Positions 12,082 through 24,538 are shown, counted from the first letter of the stretch. The stretch: DNA of 64,000 nucleotides from Geosiphon pyriformis uo1 (GCA_016748015.1 JAAOMT010000295.1:1364001-1428000), one strand, 5' to 3'. Translations and numbers: made by a program. Notes: a model not told the origin generated them from the letters alone.

Positions 12082-15000
12082 TTGTTGTTCTATTATAACT
12101 ATTGGTTCTAAGTTTTGGAAAATATCTTTAAGATTAATTAAAAGACAATGTATATCAATTTGTGAAATTAATGATTCAGAATTGTTTTAGGAATAATAAT
12201 ATTTCAATCAATTTTCATGTGCAACTTTTGTTAAAACTTTGTTATCAAGTCTTAACTTATATAATCTATTGCTTAAAATTATGTAAATATAAGATAGTTT
12301 GTTCTATTTATGTTCAAATTTACTATTTTATTGTTTTTCAGTTTTAGTTTTGTATAAAAAAACTTTGTTTCTAACTTTGAATTCATTAGTGGCTGGTGGC
12401 AATTTGTTGTTATGTTATTTTTTTTGTTGAACATAAAAATATGCAATATAAGTAGCTACTATTTGTTGCTTTTTTTCCAAAGTACTAAAGAAAATATAGA
12501 CTCTTTGTTGTAATGTTTTTTGAAATTTTTTTTCATTAATTGATTGTACCAGATATGTTTTCATCATAAAATTGATTGGTAATATTGCTGTTCTTCTATA
12601 GGTTAAATTAAAAAGTATATGTTTTGTAGTATTTTGTTATAATGTTCTGTATGCTAATAACACTAATGAAATAAAAATATCTTATTCTTGTTCAAAATTG
12701 GTTGAGATTTTAGTTAGTAATTTACACAAAATCCAGTTGAAATATTCTACTAATCCATTTGTTTATGAATAATATAATAATAACAATAGTCATTTTACAT
12801 TAAACTATTCACAAATTTCTTGTATCAAATTGTTTACAAAGTGTGTTTCTTGATTAAATAAGAGTTCAATTAAGCATTTATGTCTACAAATAATATCTTT
12901 GTAGATAAAATTTGCTACCAATTTTGCATCTGCTTTTTGGATGACTCTGACTTCAGGCCATTTGTTAAAGTAGTCTACAGCAACTGCAATATAATAGTTT
13001 TCTTGAATGATAATAAGTAGTAATCTAATTAAATTAATTCTTATTCTATTAAAAAATTGTCCAACTTTAATTGAATTTAAAGATTCAGTAGGACAAATTT
13101 CTTTTTTTCTTTAACAATTATCACATGATTTTATATACTATCAAATATTTTAGTACATATAAGACCAAAAATAATGTTCTAATATTCTCTGTATTGTGCT
13201 GTTTTTTTATAGATGTCTTGATAAAAAATTTGTATATATGTTATATAAGATTGTTTCTTTTTTATTTTATTGGATTAATTTAAGTAGATTTTTTAAGTTT
13301 CAGTGGTTTTAATAATAAATTTTGTTGTAATACAGAAAGTATTGTTTAGATTGGTATTGTAATTAGTGTTTTTTGGCTGGAAACCAATTTTTTAATATTT
13401 TAAGAGTCTTTAAATAGTTTTTGATATTGTTGTAGTTTTTGAACTCTATTGTTTTATTTGGTAATTGTTGTTAAGTTAGTGGTTTATTGATATTAATTTT
13501 AATCTTGTCTTATTCTGAAAAGGCTATTTATATTTGTATATAATTTGTTTAGTTTATGGTGTATAATATATTTGTAGTCTGCTAAAAAATCAGACTATTG
13601 GAATTGTTTGGCACTAAGTTTAGAGTTTTTCTTATTAAGCCATTTAAGATTAATGTTATCTGTAATAATGTCAAATTGGAGTCTATTTTAAAGATATTAT
13701 TGGAAGTATTTTAAAATTCAAATAACAGTTGTTGCTTTTAATTTGATGGACCTATATTTGAGTTCAGTTGGTTTGAAAGTTCTATTGACATAAGCAATTA
13801 CTTACTTATTGCTATTGTTATCTAATTGTAATAAGATGACACCAAAAGCTATATGTAAAATATTGATAGCTAATTGAAACTTTTTACTAAAATCTAAATA
13901 TGTAAAAATTGGGGCTGTGGTAAATTTTTCTTTAAAAGTATTAAATGCTTGTTGTTGAATTTGTGTTTATTAATATTTCAAATCTTTGTTGGTCAAATGG
14001 TTAAGTGGTTTAGTAATTTCAGAAAATTTTTTAATAAACTTTTAATAATAAGAAGCTAATCTTACAAATTCTCTTAGTTTTAAAGTATTTTGAAGAACTT
14101 TAAAATTCTTAACAGCACTAATTGTTTCTGAATTGGGTTGGACTCTATTTTTGCTAACAATATGTTCAAAAAAAATTAAATTTGTTTTTCTAAAATAACA
14201 TTTTTTAATGTTCAATTTAATTTTGTTTTTCATAATTATTAAAAAACTTTTTACAAGTAAATTAAATAGGCTTTAAAATTTGAAGAGTATATATCAATGT
14301 TATCTAAGTAAACAACTATTAATTGCCATAAAAATCTTTTATAAACAACATCTATAAGTATTTAAAATATTGTTAGTATATTACAAAATTCAAAAGGCAT
14401 TATATTAAACTCGTAATTTCCTTCTTAAATAATAAATACTGTTTTGAGGTAATCTTTAAGGTTTATTTCAACTTGCCAGTATCTGCTTTCCAAGTTTAAA
14501 TTTGAAAAAACTTGGCTTTTCTTAGAGCATCTAGCATGTTGTTAATTTTTAATAGTAAATAGACATCTCTAATTATAATACTATTCAGTTGTTAATAGTT
14601 TACACAAAATCTGATTTTGCCATTTTTTTTCACAAAAACTACTGATAAGGCTCAAAAGCTTTTTGATAGTTAGATAAAATTATTATTGAGCATTTATTGA
14701 ACTTTTTTTCTAATAAATTAGTGGCTAGTAGCTGAAATTTAATAAGCTTATTAATGTTTTAATAAAGCATTTTCTATATATATCTGATGCTACATAATAT
14801 CAATTTTCCCAAGATTGTTATTATCTTTGGCAAATATATTAGCATATTTAGCAATCAACTGTTTTAATTGTTTTTGTTGTTGAGATTTCAAAAGATTTAT
14901 GTTAATTTAAGAAAGTTTTTTTTCTAAAATGTAATAGTTTTCAGTAGTAAAAATAATGTTTAGATTTGGAAATAGGATTTGCTTCACAATTTCGATAAAA

Positions 15001-15269
15001 TTAATAATTTAAAGAATTTCATCTTAGAAGATGTTGCTATATATAATTCCAATTTCTAATTTATTTAATAAAACAATAGAGTAGTTGTTGAAATTGTAGA
15101 ATATAACTCAAAATTTTTTCATTTTTTTTGAAATATAAATGTTTGGAATTGAAATTTCATGCTTTAAACAGATTTGTTTATTTAACTCAAAAATCTTATG
15201 AGTAGTAATAGTAAATTTTAAACAAGTATAGATTTCATAATGTTTTCTAAAAAGTAAAATAGTAATTGG
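12082..15269 (-). pseudogene. pol: pol 3' part of B (RT, RNase H, integrase)
   Basis: YLDN at 14299-14310; FFEHIVS..LREFVRLASYY; AVDYFNKWPEV ~12950-12985; ends EPIVIIEQQ. Confidence 0.9.
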
Positions 15270-16130
15270 TGTTATAGATGATTATTTGGGATTTCAAATC
15301 AAATAACAAATCTGTAACTTGGTGCTTGGTTGGTATTCTGGTGTTAATATCTGAAGGTTTTGTTGTAGAGTTTTTTGTATAATGAACAGAGAATTAATTG
15401 ATGGTTTTATCTGTAGCTTCCTAAAACTGCAGTTTCATCAAATTTCTTTTTCAGTGTGGTGGTCAGTAATCCTCCTGATAAGCTATCCTCAAATCTATAA
15501 GTGTTCTACCCTTGTTTTACAGATCTTTTACCAGTCACTATAATGTCTGTGTCTCAGTGCTTTAATTCTTAATCGATTAGTATACAACAATAAAATCAAA
15601 AAAAGAAAAGAAAATGAAAGAAAAAAAAATAAAGAAATGAATCAAGACAATACACAAGTTAGTATTCTGTCAATAGCTATAATCAAGAACTATTGTTCTA
15701 GTAGGGTTAAGTATCAATTACTATCAACATAAAGTGTTGATAGTGAAGAGTAAATTGAGATAGTGAATAATTATTTATTGATATTTGTGATGTGGAAGGT
15801 TTCTAACTGATGGATTTTGTTCTCTCTACTTTTAGCACTATTGCTATATATACATAATTTGGGTTCTACGAGATCACTCACATTCTTGAGTAATATACTA
15901 TAATTTCTTAAGCAATGCTCATATTGCTGAGCAATATGTTATATCTTCTTGATATTGCTCCACATTGCTGAATGATGTGCCATGATTTCTGACATTGCTC
16001 TATATTGCTGAACAATGTGCCATGATTCTTGATATTGCTCCATATTATTGAGCAATGTGTTCACATGCTAACTACTACTCACTTATTGGTCTACTATTTT
16101 TCTATATTTGTTTTCTTTTTATGAGTAACA
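15270..16130 (-). repeat. 3' LTR of Gypsy C
   Basis: tgttata...agtaaca with A-rich PPT ~16131-16145. Direct repeat of 24541-25407. Confidence 0.96.
15905..16065. repeat. 40-bp tandem array of palindromic units in U3 of C (second copy at ~25205-25345)
   Basis: Consensus unit gatattgctc-cacattgct-g-agcaatgtg-ccatgattcct. Units start at 15951, 15991 and 16031, with a further degenerate copy at ~15911. Confidence 0.9.
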
Positions 16131-16149
16131 TTATCTTTTTTTTTTAATA

Positions 16150-16802
16150 TTAAGCTCCATTAAAATCTTCAGTTTGAATTAATTCTAATACTTCTTTTTC
16201 AAGTATTGTTTGTTCGACTCTGTTTCTCACATTTTCTACTTGTATATTGTTCATTCTTCTCTATTGGTTAATGGTTATAGTTTCCATGTCAGAGTGTAAC
16301 AGTATTTTTGAATAGTTCTGAAATATGTTGTGTAGTCAGTATATTGTTTTAACATGTAATGTTGAATTCATTTTCTTTCCGATAAATTCTTCAATTTGTT
16401 GTATTATGTCTTGGTTGAATATTCTCTTGGATTTGTTAATATACAACTCCTGAATATTCAATTTTTGACCTAATTGATAGTAGCAATATTATATTGGAAG
16501 TTGTTTTGTCCATTGCTTCTAATTTTTTTTTGTAAGCTCTTCTGTTGGTGCCATAATAGGTTTTTTCCCAAAGGTGTTCTTTACTTTTTCTATTAAGTTA
16601 TCTGTCCAGTTTTTATCATTTTTTGGTGATTACTGATATGGTATATTTTTTGTCTTTCTTTGGGTGTTTTGATAACAAATTATTTGGTTGTTAATAACAA
16701 TTTCCATGTCTAACTGTTGTTTACTTAAGGCCTGGAACAATTGTTGAGCTATAGTGTGAATATGATCTGGTATTTCTATTTTTTCTTGGTTGCTTTTGTC
16801 AT
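16150..16802 (-). pseudogene. ORF3 of Gypsy C
   Basis: MTKATK/KIEIPDHIHTIAQQLFQALSKQQLDMEIVINNQIICY...IY*LHNIFQNYSKIL...EDFNGA*. Confidence 0.75.
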
Positions 16803-16849
16803 GTGTACTGTATCTTTATATATTCTTTTAGTTGTTCAATTTAATGTGT

Positions 16850-18200
16850 TTGGTTCAATAACTATGATTGGTTCCAAATCTCATGGAATCTCATCTGGTT
16901 GAACTAATATTCTTTGTACTCTCAGTTGTGGAATATTATTGGTAGATGATAATACTATTTGGTAATATTGTTTTAGTCGATCACCATGTGCTGCTTTGGC
17001 TAAGATTTTGTTGTCTCATCTTAATTTATAAGCTTCATTTCCAAGAATTTTTTCTATGTGAAATAGTCTGTTCCATTTGGGGTCAAATTTTCTACTCCAT
17101 TGTTTTTCCACTTTGGTACAATGTAATAGTACTTTGTCTCCAATCTTGAATTTAACTTGTTTATTTAGTAGTTGGTTATTGTGTCATTTTTTTTGCTTTT
17201 CTTGTGACTTTTAGATATTGTTAGCTGCTCTTTGTCGTTTGTTTTCTAGAGTTTCCATCAAGTCATATGTTTTTCTTAGCAACGTTTCCTGAAAATTATC
17301 TTCAGTTATTGGTTCTGTTGGATAAGTGTTGACTTCTATCTTAATTGGTAATGTTGTTGTTCTACTATATACTAATTCAAATAGTGTTGCTTGTGTAGTG
17401 TCTTGCTTTATTGTCTGATAAGCAAATAATACTAATAGTATGAACAAATCTCATTTGTCTTGATTTTTTTGACTGATTTTGGCAATTGCTTCACACAGTG
17501 TTCTATTGAATCTTTTTACTAATCTATTGATTTGTGGATGGTATGGTGATGACAATGGTCTTTTGATTCCAAATCTTTGACTTAATTCTGTCAATGTTCT
17601 GTTCACAAAGTGAGTTCCTTGATCTGATAGTAGTTCTTTTGGACATCCATGTTGACAAATCAAATTTTGGTGAACAAATTCGGCAATGGATTCTGCATTT
17701 GCTCTTTGAATGGCTTTTGCTTCTGGCCATTTTGTGAAATAGTCTATAGCTACAGCAATATATCTGTTGTCTTTGCTGGTTATTGTTAGTGGTCTAACTA
17801 AATCAATTCCAATTCAATCAAATGGTTGTTCCACTTTGATTGGTCTTAATAGTTCACTTGGTCTTGTTCCTCCTTTTCTTTGACAAGCATCACAATTCTG
17901 AACATATTGGATGATGTCTGGATACATTAATGGTCAATAGTATTTTTTTCTAGTTTTTTCTATGGTTGCTTCTTTATGAAAATATCCTGCTGTTGGATCT
18001 AAGTGCATGTTGAATAGTATTGTCTTTTTCTCTGGTTCTGTAATTACTCTGGTTGGTTGATCTGGATTTCTTCTGTTCTTCTAGTAAAGTATATTTTGAT
18101 AATTGATAAAATATTTTAATTGTTGTTTTATGTTCCTTTGTTCTTTTTGAAATAATTTTTCCTTGAACAATTGGGTATTTATATAATGTTGAAGTTGTTA
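16850..18200 (-). pseudogene. Integrase of C (HHCC, DDE core, GPY/F-like C-terminus; no chromodomain seen)
   Basis: CDAC; GIDLVRPL; AIDYFTKWPEA; LLSDQGTHF; SSPYHPQINRLVKRFN; K-W-N-R-L-F (GPF-like). Confidence 0.92.
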
Positions 18201-18249
18201 ATATTTTTGTATATTCATGTTTTGTTATATTTTTGGGTTGAAATGTTTT

Positions 18250-19620
18250 TTTAGATTTGTTTCATTTGCGACAAACCATCATCATTTCCATTGTCTTTTC
18301 CTTTTTTATAATGTACTGTATAATTGAATGGTAAAAGTTCTATTTTTCATCTGGCATGGTGATTGTCTCCAAATTCTTGTTTCTGAATTGAAGTCAATCT
18401 TTTGTGATCAGTATAAACATCAAACTTTTGGCTCAAGTATTTTTTCTATTTGGTAACAACCCAATAGATAGTTAAGTGTTTTAATGCTGGAGTTCTATAG
18501 TTCTTCTCAGCTGAACTTAAGCTTCTACTGGCATAAACTATTGGATGCCCTCTTTCATCAGGTCTTTTCTGTGATAATACTGTTCTCAATGCTTAACCAG
18601 ATGCATCAGTAGTAATGATAAATGGTTTGTTGTGATCTGGATAGTTCAGTACTGAAGCTTGAATAAGCTTTTTTCTCAATGTATCAAAAGCTTTTTGTTG
18701 AGTTTCAGTCTATTTATATTTAGTATTCTTTGTTTGGAGTTGGTGTAGTGGTTGAGCTATTTTGGAAAAGTCTTTGATAAAGCAGCAGTAGTATCTAGCA
18801 AATCTCAAGAATGCTCTTAATTCTGTAAGATTATTTGGTACTGGAAAGTTCTTAACAATCTTAATTTTGTCTGGATCTATTTTGATTCTGTCTTTGCTCA
18901 CCACATGTCCCAGAAACTTGAGGTTAATCTTTTCAAAGAAACATTTGGTTGCATTTAGTTTCAATCCAGCTCTTCTTAATCTTTTGAATACTTGTTGAAG
19001 ATAGTGCAAATGATCATCGAATGTTTTTAAGAATACATTGGTGTCATCCAAGTATATGATTACTGATTTCCATAGTAATCTAGTATAGACAATTTCCATG
19101 AGTTGTTGGAATATTGCTGGAGTGTTCATCAAGCCAAATGAAATGACTTCAAATTTGAAATTTCTTTCTCTTGTTGTGAATGCAGTTTTTTTTTGTCAGC
19201 TGAATCCATGGCTACTTGCCAGTAACCACTGTCTAGATCTAATATTAAGAACTATTTATTTCCTCCAAAAACGTCGAATTGTTCTTGAATCTTTGGAGTT
19301 GAATAGCTATTATCTTTAGTCATTCCATTCAGTTTCTGATAATCCACACAAAACCGGATTTTTCTATTCTTTTTCCAAACTAGTACCACTGGTGATGACC
19401 ATGGGCTTATTGATGGCTGAATTAGTCTGTTGTCAAACATTTAGTTAATTTCTTGACAAATAATCTTATGGCTAGTGGGTGGTACTCTGTATGCTCTTTG
19501 TTTAATTGGCATTGCATCTCCAGTTTTGATCTGATGCTGGATGATGTCAGTTTGGCCAAATTCATTTTTGTTTGCAAAGATGTCATTGAAATTATTGAGT
19601 AACATCTTTAGTTGCATCTG
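18250..19620 (-). pseudogene. pol: Reverse transcriptase and RNase H of C
   Basis: SPWSSPVVLV, RFCVDYQKLN, YLDD at 19043-19054, KFLGHVVS, FIITTDAS, YASRSLS, VYTDHK. Confidence 0.96.
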
Positions 19621-20082
19621 TTAGAGTGGATCTAAATTTCCCATATTTATCTGTTCCAATTGTTCCAGTTGGAGCAGATAACATTCACTCTGTTTATAGA
19701 TGGTATGTAATGTGATGTTCACATATCTACAAAGTTGTAGAAAATTTGGAATGTAGTTTGGTGGTTGATCTTCAACTTCAGTAGTTAAATATCCAATAAT
19801 AATTCCCTTTGGTATTTCGATGATCTTTCTAGTTGTGTTATAGATGGAAATTTTGATGTTTTTTGAGCTGTTGGCTGATATGTAGAGATTAGTGAGTCCA
19901 ATCTCTCCTGATTTGCAAATGGTGGCTTTTGCTTCAAACAATTGAGCTTGATTCTTTACTTCCCTTTTTATAGCTAACATATACTGGTCATATGGTGGAA
20001 TAGTAATTAGTTGATAAGTTGAGATAATTTCTCTTTTGTCAACAATTTCTTCCTCTGCCATATTGATTAATATATCTATTCT

Positions 20083-20508
20083 TCTTGTGGATTTAAATCT
20101 CTGTATTCCTCTTGCTGTTATCCCTAATTTTTCCCTCTTTTCCACTGAAACTAACTGAGCTATTTTCACCAGAGGTAAGAATATTGTCTGTGCTATCTTT
20201 TCATTTGGTTTTATAGTATAAGTCTTTTCTGAGTCATTTTGTAGCATGGTGATAATATTTTCTACATATCTCACATTAATTATTCCTCCTCTGATGTTGA
20301 TTCCCTTTTTTGCTAAACTACTTCTGGATGCTAATTGAACCATTGTTGTTGCTAGAATTTTCAGTGTTATTTTCAAATCAATGCAAGTGCGTGAATGTGG
20401 TTCCAATTTGATAGGATCTTTCTCTGGATATTTCAGATCAAATCCTGTATCAGTATTATGCGTGCATTCAGATATGATACCTTTATTATTATCACTAAAC
20501 CATTTTAG
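20083..20508 (-). CDS. dut: dUTPase domain within the Pol polyprotein of C (open, mutated)
   Basis: Five dUTPase motifs in order: TGFDL, SRSSLA, GIINVRYVE (from GxIDxxYxG), EKIAQ, RGIQRFKST (from RGxxGFGST). Lies in ORF 19621-20724. Confidence 0.93.
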
Positions 20509-20739
20509 TTTCTGCTCCTTGGTAAGGTCAGGAAGGGTGATATATGTTTTGGAGTTTGAATTGGAGTCTGAATTATTGTTATTTTTATTGCCATATTGAG
20601 CAGAACTAGAACTATTGTTTTTATTGTTGTCATTGTCGGAGTTTGAATTAGAATTGAAAATTGATTCCAATTCTGATGCACAACTGCTAATTGGTTCATC
20701 TTCTTCTGGGATCATGTAGATCATGCAGATTGGTGGATT

Positions 20740-21390
20740 GTAAATAAGGTTACACTCATTACAATATTAAAAGTCACATGGAATTAAGCAATGTTAATAT
20801 AATTAAGTATTTAACTGTTCTAAATGCTGCTCTTGTTCTTTCCTAGTGAATGCTAATTGCTGGTAATGTTCATGGAATTTTTCTAGGTCATCTTCAATGT
20901 TGCCAAAGATGTCAAAAGTTTGGACATATTCAGGTTCAGAAAAAGATAGAGAGTTGTTTTTGATTTCCAGTAGTTTGCTGGTTGTTGTGCTTTCTGCTTT
21001 TGCATATGTCATTTTTCAGAGTTCATGTTTGTCATGAGGATATCCTTCCAATCGTCATCGTTTCCAGGCGTCATTAATTGGTATGTCCTTGCTTATCCAG
21101 TTGTTGATTAGGATTGTATACTGGCACATCTCATCACACATTTCTTCTTGTCCAGGAATGTCATTCCACATTCTTTTATCTGGAAGAGTTTTTTCACAAG
21201 CCAAGCATAGTTGATTGTCCTATTTCCCAATTTGCTTTGTTCTTCCAAAATGTTTAATGATGCATGGGCAGCAGTAAAATTTGGTTGCTAAAATGTACTT
21301 TTCATTGTCATCACAACAAGCACCTATTGATGACAATTTCTTGCCGCAATTGACACATACCAGTTTTGGGCAGCAATAAGTGGATTGTTA
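20740..21390 (-). pseudogene. Cys-rich (multi-CxxC) domain between protease and dUTPase in C
   Basis: CVNC, ACC, CCPC, CLAC, CDEMC, HCLIPCDF*YCNEC. Homologs in B and D. Confidence 0.7.
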
Positions 21391-21759
21391 AGGTGTAGTG
21401 TAGAACTTATAAGTAGTGATGCCATTGGGTGTTGGTTCTTCTTCCTTCTCCTTTCCTTTTCCCTTGTTTTTTTCTCACTTACAATTTATTAGTTCTTCCG
21501 AGTTGTTATCAATTTCCCAGGCTTGGTCGGTATTCCAGGTAAGTTCTTCTTTCTGTTTTCCTTTGTTATTGTCATCCCAAGAGAGTATCAACAGCAACTT
21601 GTTATGGTCTTCATTGGCCCATGACACTTGATAGGCTTTCCAGGTAGGTTTATTTTTTTCTTTTTTGAACTTAATGAGTGGTGCTGTGGATATAGTGATT
21701 GGCTTAAAGTGGCCACACATGGCTGGTACACATGTGTGTTGACTGTTTTGACTAAGCTG

Positions 21760-22090
21760 AAGCTCTTGCATGTTTCAATCAAGAGTTGCATGAGTTTTGG
21801 ACAGCCAGTTATTGCCAACAAGTGCTTGATACTAAGTGACTTCCATGACTAATACCTTAATTGGTACAATGATGCTGTTGATTTCTATAGGGAAGTCATC
21901 AATTTTGCCAATCAGAGTTTTTGTCACTCCATCAGCCATAATGATTTGTGCACTAGCAGCTTGATCAACTTGGTAACCTAATTGGTCTATGAGTTGTTTT
22001 GTGATGATGCTGCCAGCTAATCTACTGTCTAAGATTAGTTTGATGGCATGGCCATCAACTTTCACGTCAGTGGTACATGGCAGTGATTGG
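21760..22090 (-). pseudogene. Retropepsin-like aspartic protease of C
   Basis: VDGHAIKLILDSRLAGSII (from LILDSG) and downstream ALVGNNWL. Confidence 0.9.
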
Positions 22091-22099
22091 TTTAGTATC

Positions 22100-24520
22100 A
22101 AGAGTGGCTCTACTAAATAATGGAACTGATGTGGTTTCCTCAAATTCGAATGAAAAAATCACTGCTAGTGATTTGTTGTTGGTGATGATGATTGAAGGTA
22201 TGTTGTTGGTGAGTGATTGTTTTTGGTTGGTTTCTGGATTATTGGATTGGATGTCTTCTGGGGTAACTAGGAGACTTAAATAGTTCTGGAAACCCGGGTT
22301 TTGAGTATATTCAGTTCCCGAATTCTGCTGTCATAATCCTGACAGCTAGTTGGATAAACTGGGAATCAGTTGGTGAACAACCATTGTTGATTTCCAGTTT
22401 TGGGTAACTCTCAATCTAGAGTTTCCTAATGTCATTTGAGTTGGGTTTGATGGCAGTGTTTGAACTGTGGGTGTCTAATAAATTATTTGTGGCTGTGGCT
22501 GATATATGAGTTGGGACTGTAGTTAATAAACAATAGACACTGAAGACTGATAAATTGGTGGTTGATATATAGACTGTTGTATTATAGGTAGGTAATTTGG
22601 TTGATATGGTGCTGAGCTGAGTTGATAATTTGGAGCTTGAAACCGGCAATCGGGGTTTTGATATTGATTTTCCGATTGTAGATTATTATTATAAAATCAG
22701 CAGTCAGCTCTAATGTGGTCTTGTTTACCACAGTTATGGCAGACATGCATTTCTTGTTGTTACGGCTGATTTGGAGATGATAATGGATGCAACTGATTTT
22801 GGAAACGATTCATGTTTCCTGAATTATTGCGTCATTGTAGTGGTTGATAAATTGCGTGATTGTCAGCTAAGTATCCTTCCAATTTCTGATTAATTGAATT
22901 ACTAAGTTGTTTCAATTTGGAATCCAATTCAAATGATCCATTCATCACTAGATTAATGGCTTGAGCAAGGCTTGCTTCAAGTTCTGCCAATTTAAAATCT
23001 CTGGCATTCATAACTGCATCTTGTAGAGTTTGTGGGTGCATTGGGCATATGTACTAGAGAAGGCTACTATGCAGTCCTCTAATAAACTGGTTTAAAATTT
23101 GTGGTGTTGTAAAATAATCTGCCTGTATTGCTTGAATTTGGTGCAGATTCTTATAGAAACATTCTAGGTAAGTAGTGACTGCTTCATTCTCTCCTTGTTT
23201 GATAGTGGTGAAAGTGTTTACTAGCCAATTAATACTATTATTATTGCTAAAGTATTGTAGAAATACAAGCTTGAATGCAGTAAAATCCTGGAGTTTGTTA
23301 GCCAAGCTTTGATACCATGAATTGGTGGTATCTTGGAGAAAATAGAGAATGGCTTGCATGGCTCTGGTGTCATCTCATCCATTGGCTGCAATGGCTTTCT
23401 CCACATTGTTTAGCCACACTTGGATGTTGTCCTCTTTGCTGGTGAATTTTTCAAGTTTGGCAATAAAAGCATATGCTATTGGTGCTATAATTTGTTGTTG
23501 TGGTGGTTGTTGAAGTTGTTGTTGTGGTGGTGGAAATGGCTGTTGTAGTTGTTGGGGTGGTTGAAATAACTGCTGTTGCTGTTCATTGATTGGTAGAGCT
23601 GGAGGTGGATTGATCACAATTACTGGAGGTAAGTGTTGTTGATTATTGATGTCAAAGTTTCGATCATTCTGATTGTGCTGTGTTTGAAAATTCAGAGTTT
23701 CAATTTCCAGATTTTCTAAATTTAGATTTTGCTAAGTCTGAAAGTTCAGGGTTTTAATGTTTGGGTTTTCTGAGATCAGATTCTGGTAAGTAAATTCTTG
23801 ATCTTCAGATTCTTTTTCTTCTTCTGATTCTGTTATTTTCTAGGAACTTGCAGTTCCAAAATTTGGCTAAGGTGGCGGTAATCAAAATCCTGATGGTGTT
23901 GGCAATTGTGATTTAAATTTTTCAAAGTAATTGCCATATGATCCTAATAACTCTGCTTTTCTTTGTTTACTTTAAAATGGAAAGCATCCAAAGATTAATG
24001 TTGTATTTGATGTGAATGCATCTATTAATGAGATATTGATGACACTTCTGGATGTATAGTGATATGATAGGTTTGTTGGTAATTCAACTTTGGTTTTTTT
24101 CCAAGTAGATGGTTGTATTTGTTTAGGTATTACTGCTGGTGTTTGTAATTTTCTTTTTTCTTTGTCTGCATAGATAATTGGGAATTGTTGTTGTGTATAT
24201 TTTTTAATGGTTTGATTGATTTCCTTGATGATTAGTGCAAAACTGTAGTTTCTTGGCAAGCTGGTATGTAGAAATAATTCTGTATAGAAATTTTCCCTTG
24301 TGGATTTAATGTTAACTGTTTCTCCTAAACAGTCTGTGATTTTATTGTTGACATAGAAGTTAAAAGCAGATTCTGTTGGAAAATGATTATTGTTCAATCC
24401 TAATTATTGACTGTATTGTTGAAATAAGAATTTGGCAAATCCTAAATGGTTTGTTCCTATGATTTCTAATTCTGCCACTTTTGGATGATTGTTGATGGTA
24501 CTGGTTTTCTGTAAGATTAT
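22100..24520 (-). pseudogene. gag: gag of C (N-terminal extension, Q/P-rich linker, capsid, zinc knuckle)
   Basis: KLEKFTSKED..VWLNNVEKAIAANG; IKQGENEAVTTY; QFIRGL; CHNCGKQDHIRADC at ~22700-22742. Confidence 0.9.
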
Positions 24521-24521
24521 A

Positions 24522-24538
24522 CCTCACAAAGAGCACCA
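24522..24538 (-). promoter_or_regulatory. Primer-binding site of C (TGGTGCTCTTTGTGAGG)
   Basis: Begins TGG, 2 nt from the 5' LTR. Resembles the complement of the 3' end of elongator tRNA-Met. Confidence 0.85.

Noticed and set aside
15905-16065. Palindromic ~40-bp repeats resembling a CRISPR array
   Set aside because: No unique spacers and no cas genes. The array is duplicated inside both LTRs of a Gypsy element.
16150-16900. Chromodomain or env gene after integrase
   Set aside because: No chromodomain YLVKW-type motif, and no signal peptide or transmembrane stretch is evident.
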